Origin: Magnetococcales bacterium
GTDB taxonomy: Bacteria > Pseudomonadota > Magnetococcia > Magnetococcales > JADFWT01
DNA length: 60,259 bases
Direction: 5' to 3'
NCBI GenBank assembly: GCA_015233785.1
Contig: JADFWT010000004.1
Coordinates: 1 to 60,259 of the forward strand
Within the stretch, counting starts at the first letter, position 1. Each line of letters starts with the position of its first letter. The notes beneath the pieces are model-generated. The model made no database searches. It was not told where the DNA came from and was given only the letters and a program-made list of their open reading frames with translations. The translations under genes and the position numbers were made by a program. Positions 28,166 through 38,375 of this stretch are shown in pieces.

Positions 28166-31100
28166 ATGCAGCAGGAACCCAACGACGAAAGCCACGGGTT
28201 ACGGGCCGGGATTACAGGTCTAACCGCTGCTCTGGCGCTTCATCTCATTGAACGCGCCTCCCTATCCCACCTCGGTCTGGTTACCGGTGGGATAAAGGGT
28301 CTGCTGCTGCTGTTTCTTTTCCCAGCCGTGCTTGGCCTTCTGCTGGAGCTCCAGATACGTCGCGCTCCACAAGCTGCCAACGATCTCTATCCCGGCGCAC
28401 GTCGTGTATTGATCGGCTTGTTTCTACTGTTGCCATTTCTGGAGTGGATAGGGCGCATCATTGAGCCCTCCCAAGGGGTTGATCCAGCCACCTTTCACCT
28501 ACTCCTGCAACCAAGCGGAGCCCCGAACCGTGGCACCATGGCCATCTATCTGGGACTTTTGGCCCTCACCTTTTGGGCCGAAGAGCCCCATAAGCGCCCC
28601 CCCGCACCCTGGCGCGCCCTCCCTTGGCCACCAAGCTGGAAACGTCGCGCTTTGGCACCGTTTCTCAAAGCGTTTCGACCCTATTTTCACTTTGGATCGG
28701 GTGGACATGGTTGGGTAGGAGGCGTGCTGTTACTGACGCTACTGGTGGTTCTCTCGGCACCGGTTCCCACCTCACCTATCATGCCGGGGCTGCCAACCGA
28801 GGTCGCCATTCGGGAAGATCTTAACGATTCCAAAACATTAAACACCCTACTGGATAAGCTGGAACAGGAAGCGGACGAAGTTGAAGAAGAGCCGCCATCT
28901 GAAGAGCTTTCTGAAGAGCCGCTGGATGAGCTATCGGATGAACTGCCAGTCGATGAGCCAACCGATGATACCGCGACCCAAGATATCCCCCCTACTCTGC
29001 CTAATGTTCTCCCCCTAACGGCGGGACTGGATGACTATTTGAAGTGGCCAAAGCTTATGGTGACCCCCATCACCAAGCCTTCTTCAGCGGTCGCCTCCTC
29101 CCCCTTTAAACAGGATACCCCACTGGAACCGCCCCTTCTGCTGGCTCCAAGAGAGACCATCCACAACCTACCACCCCGCCCCCAGGCCTTTGTGGGTCGT
29201 GCAAAAATTCTCAAAAAATTGGCGGGTCATCTGGATGTCAGCAGTAACGCGCCAATCCAGGTATTGGCCGGTCGTGATGGCCTTGGCAAGCGACGTATTG
29301 CCCTGGAATATGCCTACCGCCATCAGGATAACTTTCACCTTATTCACTGGATAAACAGCGATAATCCCGCCTCTCTGACCCACGGTATAGAGACGTTGGC
29401 TGATCGTCTTCAAATTCCAAAAGGACGCCGAGATTTTCGCCGCAGGGCACTTCTTAAGGCACTGGCCAAGCGGGATGACTGGTTGCTGATCTTCCATAAC
29501 GTCGCCCAGGCCCCCCAAGCACTACAGGGATTGATCCCTAACACTAATAATGGTGGACGCGTACTCATCACCTCCCACCTTATGGCGTGGCATAGACTGC
29601 ACCTAAAGAAAAAGCTGGGCATGCAGGTCATCGGCCCCCCCAAACCTGCCGAAGCCGTTCGCCTCATGAACCAACGGATAGAACCGGGCGATATGGAGCA
29701 GGTTGCCGCTTTGGCCAAAGAGCTAGGACATCTACCCTTGGCACTTCTGCAAGCCGCTGCTTATCTGGAACAGAACCGCACCTCGAAACAGGACGCATCT
29801 CCTAAAAAACATAGCGCTATCAAACAGTATCGCAAACAGATTCGCGATGCCCGTTTGGCGCTGATCACCGAAAACGACAATCCAGATACAGCAGCTCCCA
29901 CCCATGTGGATGCCACAGTGCGTCTGGCCATGCGCCAGATCGGGAAAAGCCGCCCAGAGGCAATCCAGTGGCTCAAATTGATGGCCTTTCTTGGATCTGA
30001 ACAGATCCCCCTGTCACTCTTTATCAAGCAGGCTGCAAAGCTTCCAGAGCCGCTGGCCAGTGTGGCCGAGAAGAGAGACCAACTCCTGGAGAGTCTACAG
30101 CTCCTCTCTGGCTATGGCCTGATACTTCGCAGCGGGGAACACATTGCCCTGCACCCCATGACTCAAAAGGCGGTGCGTCGCGCTATGTCCAATCAGGAGC
30201 AGCGTTGGCTTCTCCACGCTACCCGGCTGATTCAGGCCGCTTTTCCATACGACCCGGACAATCCGGCCACCTGGCCCTCCAGCCAAACCATGGCACCCCA
30301 TGCTTTGTCACTGTTTCAACACCTCAACCGACTGCAACCCCCCCTCGGTGAGGCCTCCTTTCTGTTAGAGCGCTTAGGGGGCCTGATGGAACGCATGGGA
30401 CGCCCAGCCAAAGCCATCGAGGTGATGCAGAGCCTGTTGGCCATGCAGGAGGCGGCGTACGGTCCCGACCACCCCTGGCTGGCGCGCACTTTGACACGTT
30501 TGGCACGACTCTATACGCGTCGTGGCGAGACAGATCGCGCCATCGAACGGTATCGGCGCGCTATGAAGGTCGTGGCTAAAGCCGACAGTCCCGATCACCC
30601 ACGTTGGGAGGCGCTGCTCTCCGAGTTGAGAGATAGCCTGGAAGATCAGGAAGGATATCCCGAGATCAAAGCGCTCTATAGCCGTGCTCTGGGTGACAAA
30701 AAAAACCCTCAGGCCAGCACGACTCCCGACCAGCTGCCTGGCTCCGCCAAAGCCGCTTCGGCTCTACCACCCCACCTGACTCCTGCCGACCAGCTTGGGG
30801 GACTTCTAAAAACTCTGGAGAGTCAGGGTGACACCAAGAAACGCTTGCAGCGTGCCCTGGAGATCGCTGAACAGACCTACGGACCGGATCATCCCAAGAC
30901 GGCTGTAGCATTGAATAATTTGGGACGCATTCGAGCCGATGCAGAACGCTTTCTAGAGGCCAGTGAACTGCACGCCCGCGCACTAACCATTCTGGAGAGC
31001 ACACTGGGAATGGAGCATGACAGCGTCTCCGGAACACTGACCCTGTTGGCCAAAACACTTCACGAACTGGGCAAATATGAACAGGCCAAGGTTCATCTGG

Positions 31101-31726
31101 AACGCGCCCACGTCATCCTCACCAAGCAACTCGATCCAGACCATCCTAAAATAGCCGCCCTGCTCAACCAAATGGGGCTTCTGCTCATTGATCTTGAACA
31201 GCACAATGCGGCCCGAAGGCAGTTCAACCGCGCCCTGACGATTTTACAAAAACGCTACGGATCCCAGCATCTAAAAGTGGCGGAAACCTTGATCTATCTG
31301 GGAGAAGCACTCCACGATCTACGTGAGAATGAGACCGCCCGAGACCGCCTGGAGCAGGCACTAAAAATCCTGGAACGGGTCCATGGGCCAGACCACGCCG
31401 AGTTGGGTGATCCCCTCAACACCCTGGGACAGGTGCTTCATGAGCTGGGAGAGATCAAACTGGCAAGAGAGACCCTGGAGCGGGAACTCACTATCAATGA
31501 GAAAGCCTACGGCCCCGATTCACCCCAGGTCGCCATGACGCTGGGCCATATCTCCGTGTTACACCTTAACCGCAACCTACCAAAGCTGGCTAAACCGGTG
31601 ATGGAACGGGTGGTACAAATCTATCGAAAAACACTGCCAAAAGGGCATCCGCACATCCAAGCCGCCGAACAAAACTTGGCCATCATTGAGCAAATCATTG
31701 AGGGAATGAAGCGTGAAAAACAGTAA
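28166..31726 (+). CDS. Membrane-anchored degenerate NB-ARC (STAND) + TPR protein
   Basis: Several N-terminal TM helices and an acidic linker, then HNLPPRPQAFVGR, GRDGLGKR (Walker A-like), WLLIFHN (Walker B-like), GRVLITS, LGHLPLALLQAAAY and kinesin-light-chain-type TPRs (YGPDHP). Confidence 0.88.
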   Translation: MQQEPNDESHGLRAGITGLTAALALHLIERASLSHLGLVTGGIKGLLLLFLFPAVLGLLLELQIRRAPQAANDLYPGARRVLIGLFLLLPFLEWIGRIIEPSQGVDPATFHLLLQPSGAPNRGTMAIYLGLLALTFWAEEPHKRPPAPWRALPWPPSWKRRALAPFLKAFRPYFHFGSGGHGWVGGVLLLTLLVVLSAPVPTSPIMPGLPTEVAIREDLNDSKTLNTLLDKLEQEADEVEEEPPSEELSEEPLDELSDELPVDEPTDDTATQDIPPTLPNVLPLTAGLDDYLKWPKLMVTPITKPSSAVASSPFKQDTPLEPPLLLAPRETIHNLPPRPQAFVGRAKILKKLAGHLDVSSNAPIQVLAGRDGLGKRRIALEYAYRHQDNFHLIHWINSDNPASLTHGIETLADRLQIPKGRRDFRRRALLKALAKRDDWLLIFHNVAQAPQALQGLIPNTNNGGRVLITSHLMAWHRLHLKKKLGMQVIGPPKPAEAVRLMNQRIEPGDMEQVAALAKELGHLPLALLQAAAYLEQNRTSKQDASPKKHSAIKQYRKQIRDARLALITENDNPDTAAPTHVDATVRLAMRQIGKSRPEAIQWLKLMAFLGSEQIPLSLFIKQAAKLPEPLASVAEKRDQLLESLQLLSGYGLILRSGEHIALHPMTQKAVRRAMSNQEQRWLLHATRLIQAAFPYDPDNPATWPSSQTMAPHALSLFQHLNRLQPPLGEASFLLERLGGLMERMGRPAKAIEVMQSLLAMQEAAYGPDHPWLARTLTRLARLYTRRGETDRAIERYRRAMKVVAKADSPDHPRWEALLSELRDSLEDQEGYPEIKALYSRALGDKKNPQASTTPDQLPGSAKAASALPPHLTPADQLGGLLKTLESQGDTKKRLQRALEIAEQTYGPDHPKTAVALNNLGRIRADAERFLEASELHARALTILESTLGMEHDSVSGTLTLLAKTLHELGKYEQAKVHLERAHVILTKQLDPDHPKIAALLNQMGLLLIDLEQHNAARRQFNRALTILQKRYGSQHLKVAETLIYLGEALHDLRENETARDRLEQALKILERVHGPDHAELGDPLNTLGQVLHELGEIKLARETLERELTINEKAYGPDSPQVAMTLGHISVLHLNRNLPKLAKPVMERVVQIYRKTLPKGHPHIQAAEQNLAIIEQIIEGMKREKQ

Positions 31727-33827
31727 GATCACGCCAATCCTGGCAGCTATGTTTGCCATACTTCTGATCACGCCTCTTCCGGGTTGGTCCACTCCAGCAC
31801 CCGGAACAGACAGTCTGCCAAACGACACAGGACGGGTGGTCCACCTCTCTCCAGCGACCCTGGAGATGGTCCGAATTTGCGCTTTTCTGGCCCCTGAACA
31901 ACCGATTCCCATGGCGCTGTTCACCCATCATCAAGCTGCACTGCCCGCCCCTCTAAAACAGGCTCTCAGGCAAGGTGAGAAAGCAACCGCCCTGGCCAAT
32001 GCCCTGGCCAATGCCGGGCTTTATAAGCAACACAAGGCAGACTGGTTCATCTCCGAGAAGACCCAACAGGCATTGCGCCTCGGCTTTGGCATTGATGGCG
32101 AAAAAAAGAGAATCCTGCCTGCCCTGACGTTGATGGGGCATGCCTTTCGCGAATCCGGCCAAAAATCAAGCAATAACGGAACCACCAAACCACCCCTCAA
32201 TGATTTAATCCCCCACGCTCTGGCACTGTTTCACCATGCAGATCGACTCAATATGCCGGTCAAAAGCCTTGCGGCCATGGCCAATCGGTTGGGACTGCGG
32301 CTCTTCTCCGATGGACAGCGCCAGACGGCCCATACGCTATTCGAAAATCTTCTGACATTGGTCAAACAGGAGCTGGGAGAGGATCACCCTTTGGTATCCT
32401 ACGCCCTCAATAATCTTGGCCTGGTTCTCACCGACCTGGGCCGATATCCCGAGGCGCTCAAGAACTACCAGAACGCCTTGGCTATCCAAGAGAATAAACT
32501 AGGGCCAGAGCATGAAGACACCATAGAGACCATGCGCCATCTGGCTGGACTGCTGGAGATAATGGAGCAACCCAAAGAAGCGGAAATACTCTACCGGCGG
32601 GGCATGAAAGCCATCATAAAACGCCATGGCCGGAAAGATCCCCGCATGGCCGACACCATGAGCCGACTGGCGGCCAACCTGGAGAAGCAAGGCCGTTACA
32701 AAGAGGCGGAAAAACTCTATCGTCAGGCGCTCCCTATGGCGCAAAAGCTTCATGGGAAATATCACCAGAGCGTCGCAACACTGCACAATAATCTGGGCGC
32801 ACTGCACCACGCTCAAGGCGCTCTAAAGAAGGCGCGGGGAGCGTACCAAAAGGCACTGCCCATCTATGCCAAGATCTTTGGGGCCGATCACCCCATGTTG
32901 GCCACAGCCTGGACCAATCTAGGGCGGGTACTGCAAGATGCCGCCAGCTATCCCGAGGCGGAGGTCTCCTTTGAAAGGGCGTTAAAAATCCAGGAGAAAG
33001 CCTATGGAACCACGCACGCCAACAGTGCCGGAGCACGCTATAATCTTGGTGTGCTCTATGAGTCCATGGGGCAACTACGGAGCGCCGAGTTGCAGTTCAG
33101 CCGCGCACTGCGCATCTATCGAAAACAACTCGGCCCCGATCATCCCCAGGTGGCCAATCTGCATAACAATCTAGGCGTGATGCACAAGGCGTTGGGTCAT
33201 CAGCAACAGGCGCTGGATCACTACCGCAGGGCGCTGCCCATCCTGGAGAAAAACCACGGGGCCAACCACCCGAAGAACGCCGACCTGATGGTCAATATGG
33301 GCCATCTGTTTCACGATGGTCATCGATACCGTCAGGCCGAGAAGCACTACCGAAAAGCCCTGCTGATCTACGAAATAGCACATGGGGTGGATCATCCCCT
33401 CGCTGGCGAAACCCTGCTTCATCTTGGGCGCACCATTGAGAGACAAGGGCGCTATCAAGACGCCATCCGCCATCTGGAGCGCGCCCTGACCCGCCTGGAG
33501 AAAGCCCACGGACTCCAACACGCCCATGTTGCCGACGCCCTGAGCCAACTGGGAGCAATTCTTAACAAACTGGGCCATTATCAAGAAGCCAGAGGCTATC
33601 TGGAACGCGCTCTGGCCACCCATGAGACGGTCCACGGCAACACCCATCCACGAACCGCCACGGCTCTGAGCAATCTTAGCATTGTGGTACTTAACCAGAA
33701 GCGCCCCCATGAAGCACGTCCCATGCTGGAGCGGCTGGTGAAGATACTGAGAAGCATGCGCCCAGTGGATTACAAGAAGCTTCAAGCGGCGCAAAACCGA
33801 CTTAAAGTATTGCGGAGCCAAAAATAA
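31713..33827 (+). CDS. Signal-peptide-bearing TPR protein with a NB-ARC winged-helix remnant
   Basis: Hydrophobic N-terminus; ICAFLAPEQPIPMALF parallels LMAFLGSEQIPLSLF of the upstream gene; about 11 G.DHP TPRs. Confidence 0.88.
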   Translation: MKNSKITPILAAMFAILLITPLPGWSTPAPGTDSLPNDTGRVVHLSPATLEMVRICAFLAPEQPIPMALFTHHQAALPAPLKQALRQGEKATALANALANAGLYKQHKADWFISEKTQQALRLGFGIDGEKKRILPALTLMGHAFRESGQKSSNNGTTKPPLNDLIPHALALFHHADRLNMPVKSLAAMANRLGLRLFSDGQRQTAHTLFENLLTLVKQELGEDHPLVSYALNNLGLVLTDLGRYPEALKNYQNALAIQENKLGPEHEDTIETMRHLAGLLEIMEQPKEAEILYRRGMKAIIKRHGRKDPRMADTMSRLAANLEKQGRYKEAEKLYRQALPMAQKLHGKYHQSVATLHNNLGALHHAQGALKKARGAYQKALPIYAKIFGADHPMLATAWTNLGRVLQDAASYPEAEVSFERALKIQEKAYGTTHANSAGARYNLGVLYESMGQLRSAELQFSRALRIYRKQLGPDHPQVANLHNNLGVMHKALGHQQQALDHYRRALPILEKNHGANHPKNADLMVNMGHLFHDGHRYRQAEKHYRKALLIYEIAHGVDHPLAGETLLHLGRTIERQGRYQDAIRHLERALTRLEKAHGLQHAHVADALSQLGAILNKLGHYQEARGYLERALATHETVHGNTHPRTATALSNLSIVVLNQKRPHEARPMLERLVKILRSMRPVDYKKLQAAQNRLKVLRSQK

Positions 33828-33888
33828 TAATGATATAATTTAGTATTCTTTCTCAATGTGGTATTGTGAGCCTGTTAGGGTTATTGCT

Positions 33889-35055
33889 ATGTTTCTTAAG
33901 AATCTTAGAATTTCCAACCTCCTATCATTTGGACCCGATGCTCTTGAGCTACCTCTACAACCTCTCAACATCCTTATCGGGGCCAACGGGTCTGGAAAAT
34001 CCAACCTGCTTGAGGCCATCTCCCTCCTCCAATCCGCACCAAAAGACTTGGGCAAGCCTGTCCGTGATGCTGGTGGTATTGAAGAGTGGCTTTGGAAACC
34101 CGGCGGTCGAGATGCCATAGCAAGCATTGAAGCAATTGTAGAATATTCTCAAAAAAATATGCCGATTCGCCATAGCCTTTCTTTTCGAAACTCTGGAAAT
34201 TATTTTGACTTCATTGAAGAGCGTATTGAAAACAGAGATCCGGATCTCGGCCATGATGACAGCTATTTCTATTATCGATTCAAAGACGGAAGAGCTTTAC
34301 TGAACGACAACGAAGAAAACAGAAGAGAGTTAAGAAGAGAGACAATTCATCCTGAAGAGTCAATATTATCGCAACGCAAGGATATTGACCACTATCCAGA
34401 GATAACTTGGCTTGGCGAATCCTACCAAAGCATGAGAATCTATCGTGAGTGGTCAATAGGGCGCTTTACAGCACCAAGGCTTTTTCAAGACTCTACCAGC
34501 CGCTCTTCTGGGCTGAATGAAGATTATGCCAATCTGGGATTGGTGCTAAAACGTTTGAAAAAAGATTATGACACAAGAAACAAAATATCGTCTTACTTGA
34601 ATAAATTTAACGGCGACATCAGAGATTTTGATATTGACATCGATGGAAGCGGGAAGATTCAGATTTATCTAGTAGAGAAACACAGTACTATACCAGCGAC
34701 ACGGCTCTCCGATGGTACACTCCGTTTTATCTCTCTGCTTGCTATCCTTTGCAACCCATCTCCACCGCCTCTGATCTGTATTGAAGAACCAGAAATGGCA
34801 CTTCACCCTGATATTATTCCAACCATCGCCGATCTACTCACAGATGCCTCTCAAAGAACCCAGCTGATTGTCACAACCCATTCAGATATCCTTATTGATG
34901 CCTTCACTGAGACGCCAGAGGCTGTCATTGTCTGCGATAAATCAGATATGCAGACGTACATGCGCCGACTAAACCAAGATGACCTGAAGCAGTGGATTGA
35001 TGAATACCGCTTGGGTGAGGCATGGTTGAATAATATGGTTGGAGGGCATAGCTAA
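33889..35055 (+). CDS. AAA_21/ABC-type ATPase
   Basis: GANGSGKSN, LSDGT, LICIEEPE and IVTTHS; visibly more AT-rich than its neighbours. Confidence 0.92.
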   Translation: MFLKNLRISNLLSFGPDALELPLQPLNILIGANGSGKSNLLEAISLLQSAPKDLGKPVRDAGGIEEWLWKPGGRDAIASIEAIVEYSQKNMPIRHSLSFRNSGNYFDFIEERIENRDPDLGHDDSYFYYRFKDGRALLNDNEENRRELRRETIHPEESILSQRKDIDHYPEITWLGESYQSMRIYREWSIGRFTAPRLFQDSTSRSSGLNEDYANLGLVLKRLKKDYDTRNKISSYLNKFNGDIRDFDIDIDGSGKIQIYLVEKHSTIPATRLSDGTLRFISLLAILCNPSPPPLICIEEPEMALHPDIIPTIADLLTDASQRTQLIVTTHSDILIDAFTETPEAVIVCDKSDMQTYMRRLNQDDLKQWIDEYRLGEAWLNNMVGGHS

Positions 35056-35771
35056 TGCATAAAAAAGTACTGTTCCACGTCTACACTGAGGGCGCTGGAA
35101 AACCAAATCAGAAAAACAGCAAGAACCTCCGTATACGACTCAAAAAAGCATTTACGCTTTTCATTAAGAGGTCCATTAAGCAAACATACCCTGGCCACAC
35201 AACAGGGAGCGATGTTAATTTTGTTGTAATACCTTGTGGAAGCAGAGACCAGGCATTCAAATTTTTCTCCAGATCCTGGCCTCTGAAAAAAGGAGATCCT
35301 ATTCCATTGTTGCTTGTGGACAGTGAAGAACCGATCCATGACGACCTTGAACCGTGGACGTTTCTTACGGATAGAGAGCCATGGGAACGCCCTGAGAATG
35401 CGACAAACCACTATGTTCACCTCATGGTAAACTGCATGGAAAACTGGTTTCTCGCAGATCTCGGAACGCTAGATAACTATTTTGGGCCCGGTTTTAACAC
35501 AGCTGCTCTTCCAAAAACATTGCCTATCGAAAAAGCACTGAAAAACGATGTCATGAAAGGCTTGAAACAAGCTTCAAGAAACTCAAGAAGAGGAATCTAT
35601 CATAAAGGTCGCCACTCGTTTGACATCCTTGAGCAGATAGACCCGACTAAATTGCAACGCAAAGCCCCTTGGGCTTGCCGCTTTCTGAAAGCCATGGATG
35701 ACGTGTTGGTCCATAAAAAATTAAATGTTTCTATCAGAAAATGCTCACTCCCAAATGCATCCGATGCGTGA
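35055..35771 (+). CDS. DUF4276-family (TOPRIM-like) protein
   Basis: VYTEG, LLVDSE, MVNCMENWFLAD and YHKGRHS; TAATG overlap with the ATPase. Confidence 0.8.
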   Translation: MHKKVLFHVYTEGAGKPNQKNSKNLRIRLKKAFTLFIKRSIKQTYPGHTTGSDVNFVVIPCGSRDQAFKFFSRSWPLKKGDPIPLLLVDSEEPIHDDLEPWTFLTDREPWERPENATNHYVHLMVNCMENWFLADLGTLDNYFGPGFNTAALPKTLPIEKALKNDVMKGLKQASRNSRRGIYHKGRHSFDILEQIDPTKLQRKAPWACRFLKAMDDVLVHKKLNVSIRKCSLPNASDA

Positions 35772-36028
35772 CCCTCTCTCACTCCCCGCCACACCTCCGC
35801 CTGCGGCGCGGGATTGACCGTAAAACTCCTCCGGCGTGGCCGTTGCGGCCTGAATATGGAACGCCGCAAGATAGGCCCCGTCAACCATCAGAATAACGGT
35901 GAGCCCTTTTTTGATTATGAGAGACGCCTGGTGGATATGGGAGGCAGAGGTGATATTATCAGGTGAAACTTAGAAATGGATCCGCGGGAGGCTTGGCTCC
36001 CCATTGCTGCCACACCTGGGATACAGTC

Positions 36029-36196
36029 ATGAAACAACGCACCTCACAACGCCTGCTGGCTCTACTTCTGACAGCCGCACTCCTCACCAGCAGCGGCTGC
36101 TTGCCGGTCTTCAGCAAGAGCAAACCAACCATCTCCGGCTCGGCCAGCAGAGCTGGGGCATCGGGTGGCGTATCCAAGGGGCTGTTTGAGTGGTGA
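36029..36196 (+). CDS. Small putative lipoprotein (55 aa)
   Basis: MKQRTSQRLLALLLTAALLTSSGC: basic N-terminus, hydrophobic core and lipobox-like Cys. Confidence 0.6.
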   Translation: MKQRTSQRLLALLLTAALLTSSGCLPVFSKSKPTISGSASRAGASGGVSKGLFEW

Positions 36197-36222
36197 GAAG
36201 ACCCATCTGGGCAAAGATCACA

Positions 36223-37206
36223 TCAAACGGCAGCACCCTGAAGATCCATGCGCACTAAAATCTCTACAAGACGCTGCACCTCACTTGCCGAGAAACGCCC
36301 ATCCAGAGGCAACGCCAACATACGCCTTTGCACCTCGCCCCTCACGCCTTCCAGCTCAGGCCAGTGGGCCGGCAGGTAGATCTGTTGCAGGGCCAACGCC
36401 GCACGCACGGCATCCCGATCCTCCAGCAGCAGCGGGTAGAAACAAGGGTACTCCGGCGCATCCCGATCCACAAATCGGCCCAAAGCCTGTTCATACACGG
36501 CAAACTGCGCCCGTCGTACGCTGTATTCAACCTCTAACTTCCGGTAAAAGTCCATCATCCGCCCGACCGCCACACTGCTGGGGGCGTGAATGCTCTGCTG
36601 TCGATTTAACAGCGTTTCGCCATGCTGAAGATCGGCCAGATAATCTTTCTCGCAGCCGCCACACCCCGCAAGAAATGCCGCCTTCTTGCGCTGCCCCCGA
36701 ACCTTGAGGGAGACAAAAGAGGCAGGCCCCTCCATCTTTTTCCCCACCAAAGGCACGGTGGACCAAACCATACTTCCATCGGGAAGCGGCGATATCTTGC
36801 GTAAACTGTTGAAGCCAATCCAATGGGGCCATCTATCCGGTGGCTCCAAATAAGGCAGAAACACCCCATCCTCCAGTAAAACAGATCCCGGCTTCAACGC
36901 AATGGCACTGAGATCCTGCTTCCAGCCGAAGTAGTCAATGGCATAGAGCACATCATATTTGGCCCGATTGATCTCTTCTGGATCCCAGCGCAGACCATCG
37001 CCGATGGCGTAAAAATCATAAACCACACCATACTGATCAAGCACCTCCAACACAGTTCCGCATAAATAATCAGGCAGCAGATAGCGCTTGGTGCTAAAGC
37101 AGGGATCTTCCAAAATCAGACGGAGAGAGGAGCGCCCCGAATCGGTCGTATAGAGATGAGGCACACGATCCTGAAAAGGAGGTTCGCCTCCAAAGGGGCG
37201 TATCAC
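36223..37206 (-). CDS. PLP-dependent transferase-like protein (DegT/DnrJ-related)
   Basis: SGRSSL, LPDYLC, IDYFG, FNSLRK (candidate PLP Lys), IYLPAHW, LALPLD. Confidence 0.7.
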   Translation of the reverse strand: MIRPFGGEPPFQDRVPHLYTTDSGRSSLRLILEDPCFSTKRYLLPDYLCGTVLEVLDQYGVVYDFYAIGDGLRWDPEEINRAKYDVLYAIDYFGWKQDLSAIALKPGSVLLEDGVFLPYLEPPDRWPHWIGFNSLRKISPLPDGSMVWSTVPLVGKKMEGPASFVSLKVRGQRKKAAFLAGCGGCEKDYLADLQHGETLLNRQQSIHAPSSVAVGRMMDFYRKLEVEYSVRRAQFAVYEQALGRFVDRDAPEYPCFYPLLLEDRDAVRAALALQQIYLPAHWPELEGVRGEVQRRMLALPLDGRFSASEVQRLVEILVRMDLQGAAV

Positions 37207-38375
37207 AACGAATAATCCACATCAAAAAAGCGCTTTCGAGCCGACAACTCCAGCCCCTTGAGAAGTTGAACAATGCTCTCCGGCGTGTGATCGCCCTGAT
37301 AGGGATTGGGAGCCATTGACGCCTTCTCCTGGAAATGGGGCGTGATGGCGTGATGAATCGCTCCGGTGATGGCCTGAGACTCCGAAGGCGCATAAAGCAC
37401 GCTATCAGCCCGTGTTCTCCCCTCCTGACGCTCCCCAATATCCACCGTGGGCGTGCCGAAACTTGGCGCCTCCACTAACCCGCTGGAAGAGTTGCCCACC
37501 ACCACATCCACCGCCCGCAACATGGAAAGATAGCGACGACTCCCCAACGAATTGAACCACCAAGCGCGCCCTGGATGATCACCGACAAATCCCTTAAGCA
37601 GCCGATTCAACAGGCGACCATCGGCATCGGCATTGGCGGCAGTGACCACAAAATGGGCCTCGGGGAACTGCCCCAATGCCACAAATAGCGCCTCGGCCGC
37701 CGCCTGAACGCCATCCGGGTTGAGGGTCTCCGGGTGATAGGTGATGAGCATGGTTACCGGACCAAAGTGCATGCCCAAATCCTGCTCAAGCTCCAGACGA
37801 TCCATCAGATCATCTCGCTTGATGGCATCCAAGCCAATCTCACCGACACTATAAACTCGCTCAGGCTCCTCCCCCAACTGAATCACCCGCTGTCGATAGG
37901 ACTCGGTGGCCGTGAGATGGATGGTGGAGAGCTTGGTAATAGCGTGGCGCATGGCATCATCCAGGGCACCGAAGGTCACCTCACCGCCGCTGATGTGCAC
38001 AATGGGAATCCGATGCACAAAGGCCGCCTGAGCCACTGCCAATGTCTCAAAACGGTCCCCCAGCAGAATCACCAACATCGGCTTTACGCGACCAAACAGA
38101 TCACCAAAACCAATCAACCCCAAGCCCATCGCCTTGGCCATGCCCACCGGTGTATCGCTGGAGAGCATCATCTCGACCCGGTCATGCACCTCCAGGCCGC
38201 TATGCTCAATCTGCTGGACCGTGTTGCCGAACTCCTGAGACAGATGCATGCCGGTGGCAATCAGATGAAGCTTGACCTCGGGGTCGGCGTCAATAGCCTT
38301 GATCAGGCCAGTAAGCAGACCAAAATCGGCCCGCGATGTGGTAATTACCGCATAGAGCGGTCGCGCATCACTCAT
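37203..38375 (-). CDS. neuC: UDP-N-acetylglucosamine 2-epimerase (hydrolysing)
   Basis: TSRADFG, TGMHLS.EFG, LGDRFE, HISGGE, TYHPET, VGNSSSG. Confidence 0.93.
   Translation of the reverse strand: MSDARPLYAVITTSRADFGLLTGLIKAIDADPEVKLHLIATGMHLSQEFGNTVQQIEHSGLEVHDRVEMMLSSDTPVGMAKAMGLGLIGFGDLFGRVKPMLVILLGDRFETLAVAQAAFVHRIPIVHISGGEVTFGALDDAMRHAITKLSTIHLTATESYRQRVIQLGEEPERVYSVGEIGLDAIKRDDLMDRLELEQDLGMHFGPVTMLITYHPETLNPDGVQAAAEALFVALGQFPEAHFVVTAANADADGRLLNRLLKGFVGDHPGRAWWFNSLGSRRYLSMLRAVDVVVGNSSSGLVEAPSFGTPTVDIGERQEGRTRADSVLYAPSESQAITGAIHHAITPHFQEKASMAPNPYQGDHTPESIVQLLKGLELSARKRFFDVDYSL

Noticed and set aside
15675-33827. CRISPR or DNA tandem-repeat array
   Set aside because: The periodicity comes from degenerate TPR coding repeats; no identical repeats with spacers and no cas genes.
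35775-35930. DsrE-like fragment (VILMVDGAYLA) on the minus strand
   Set aside because: Too short, with no supporting start or further motifs.
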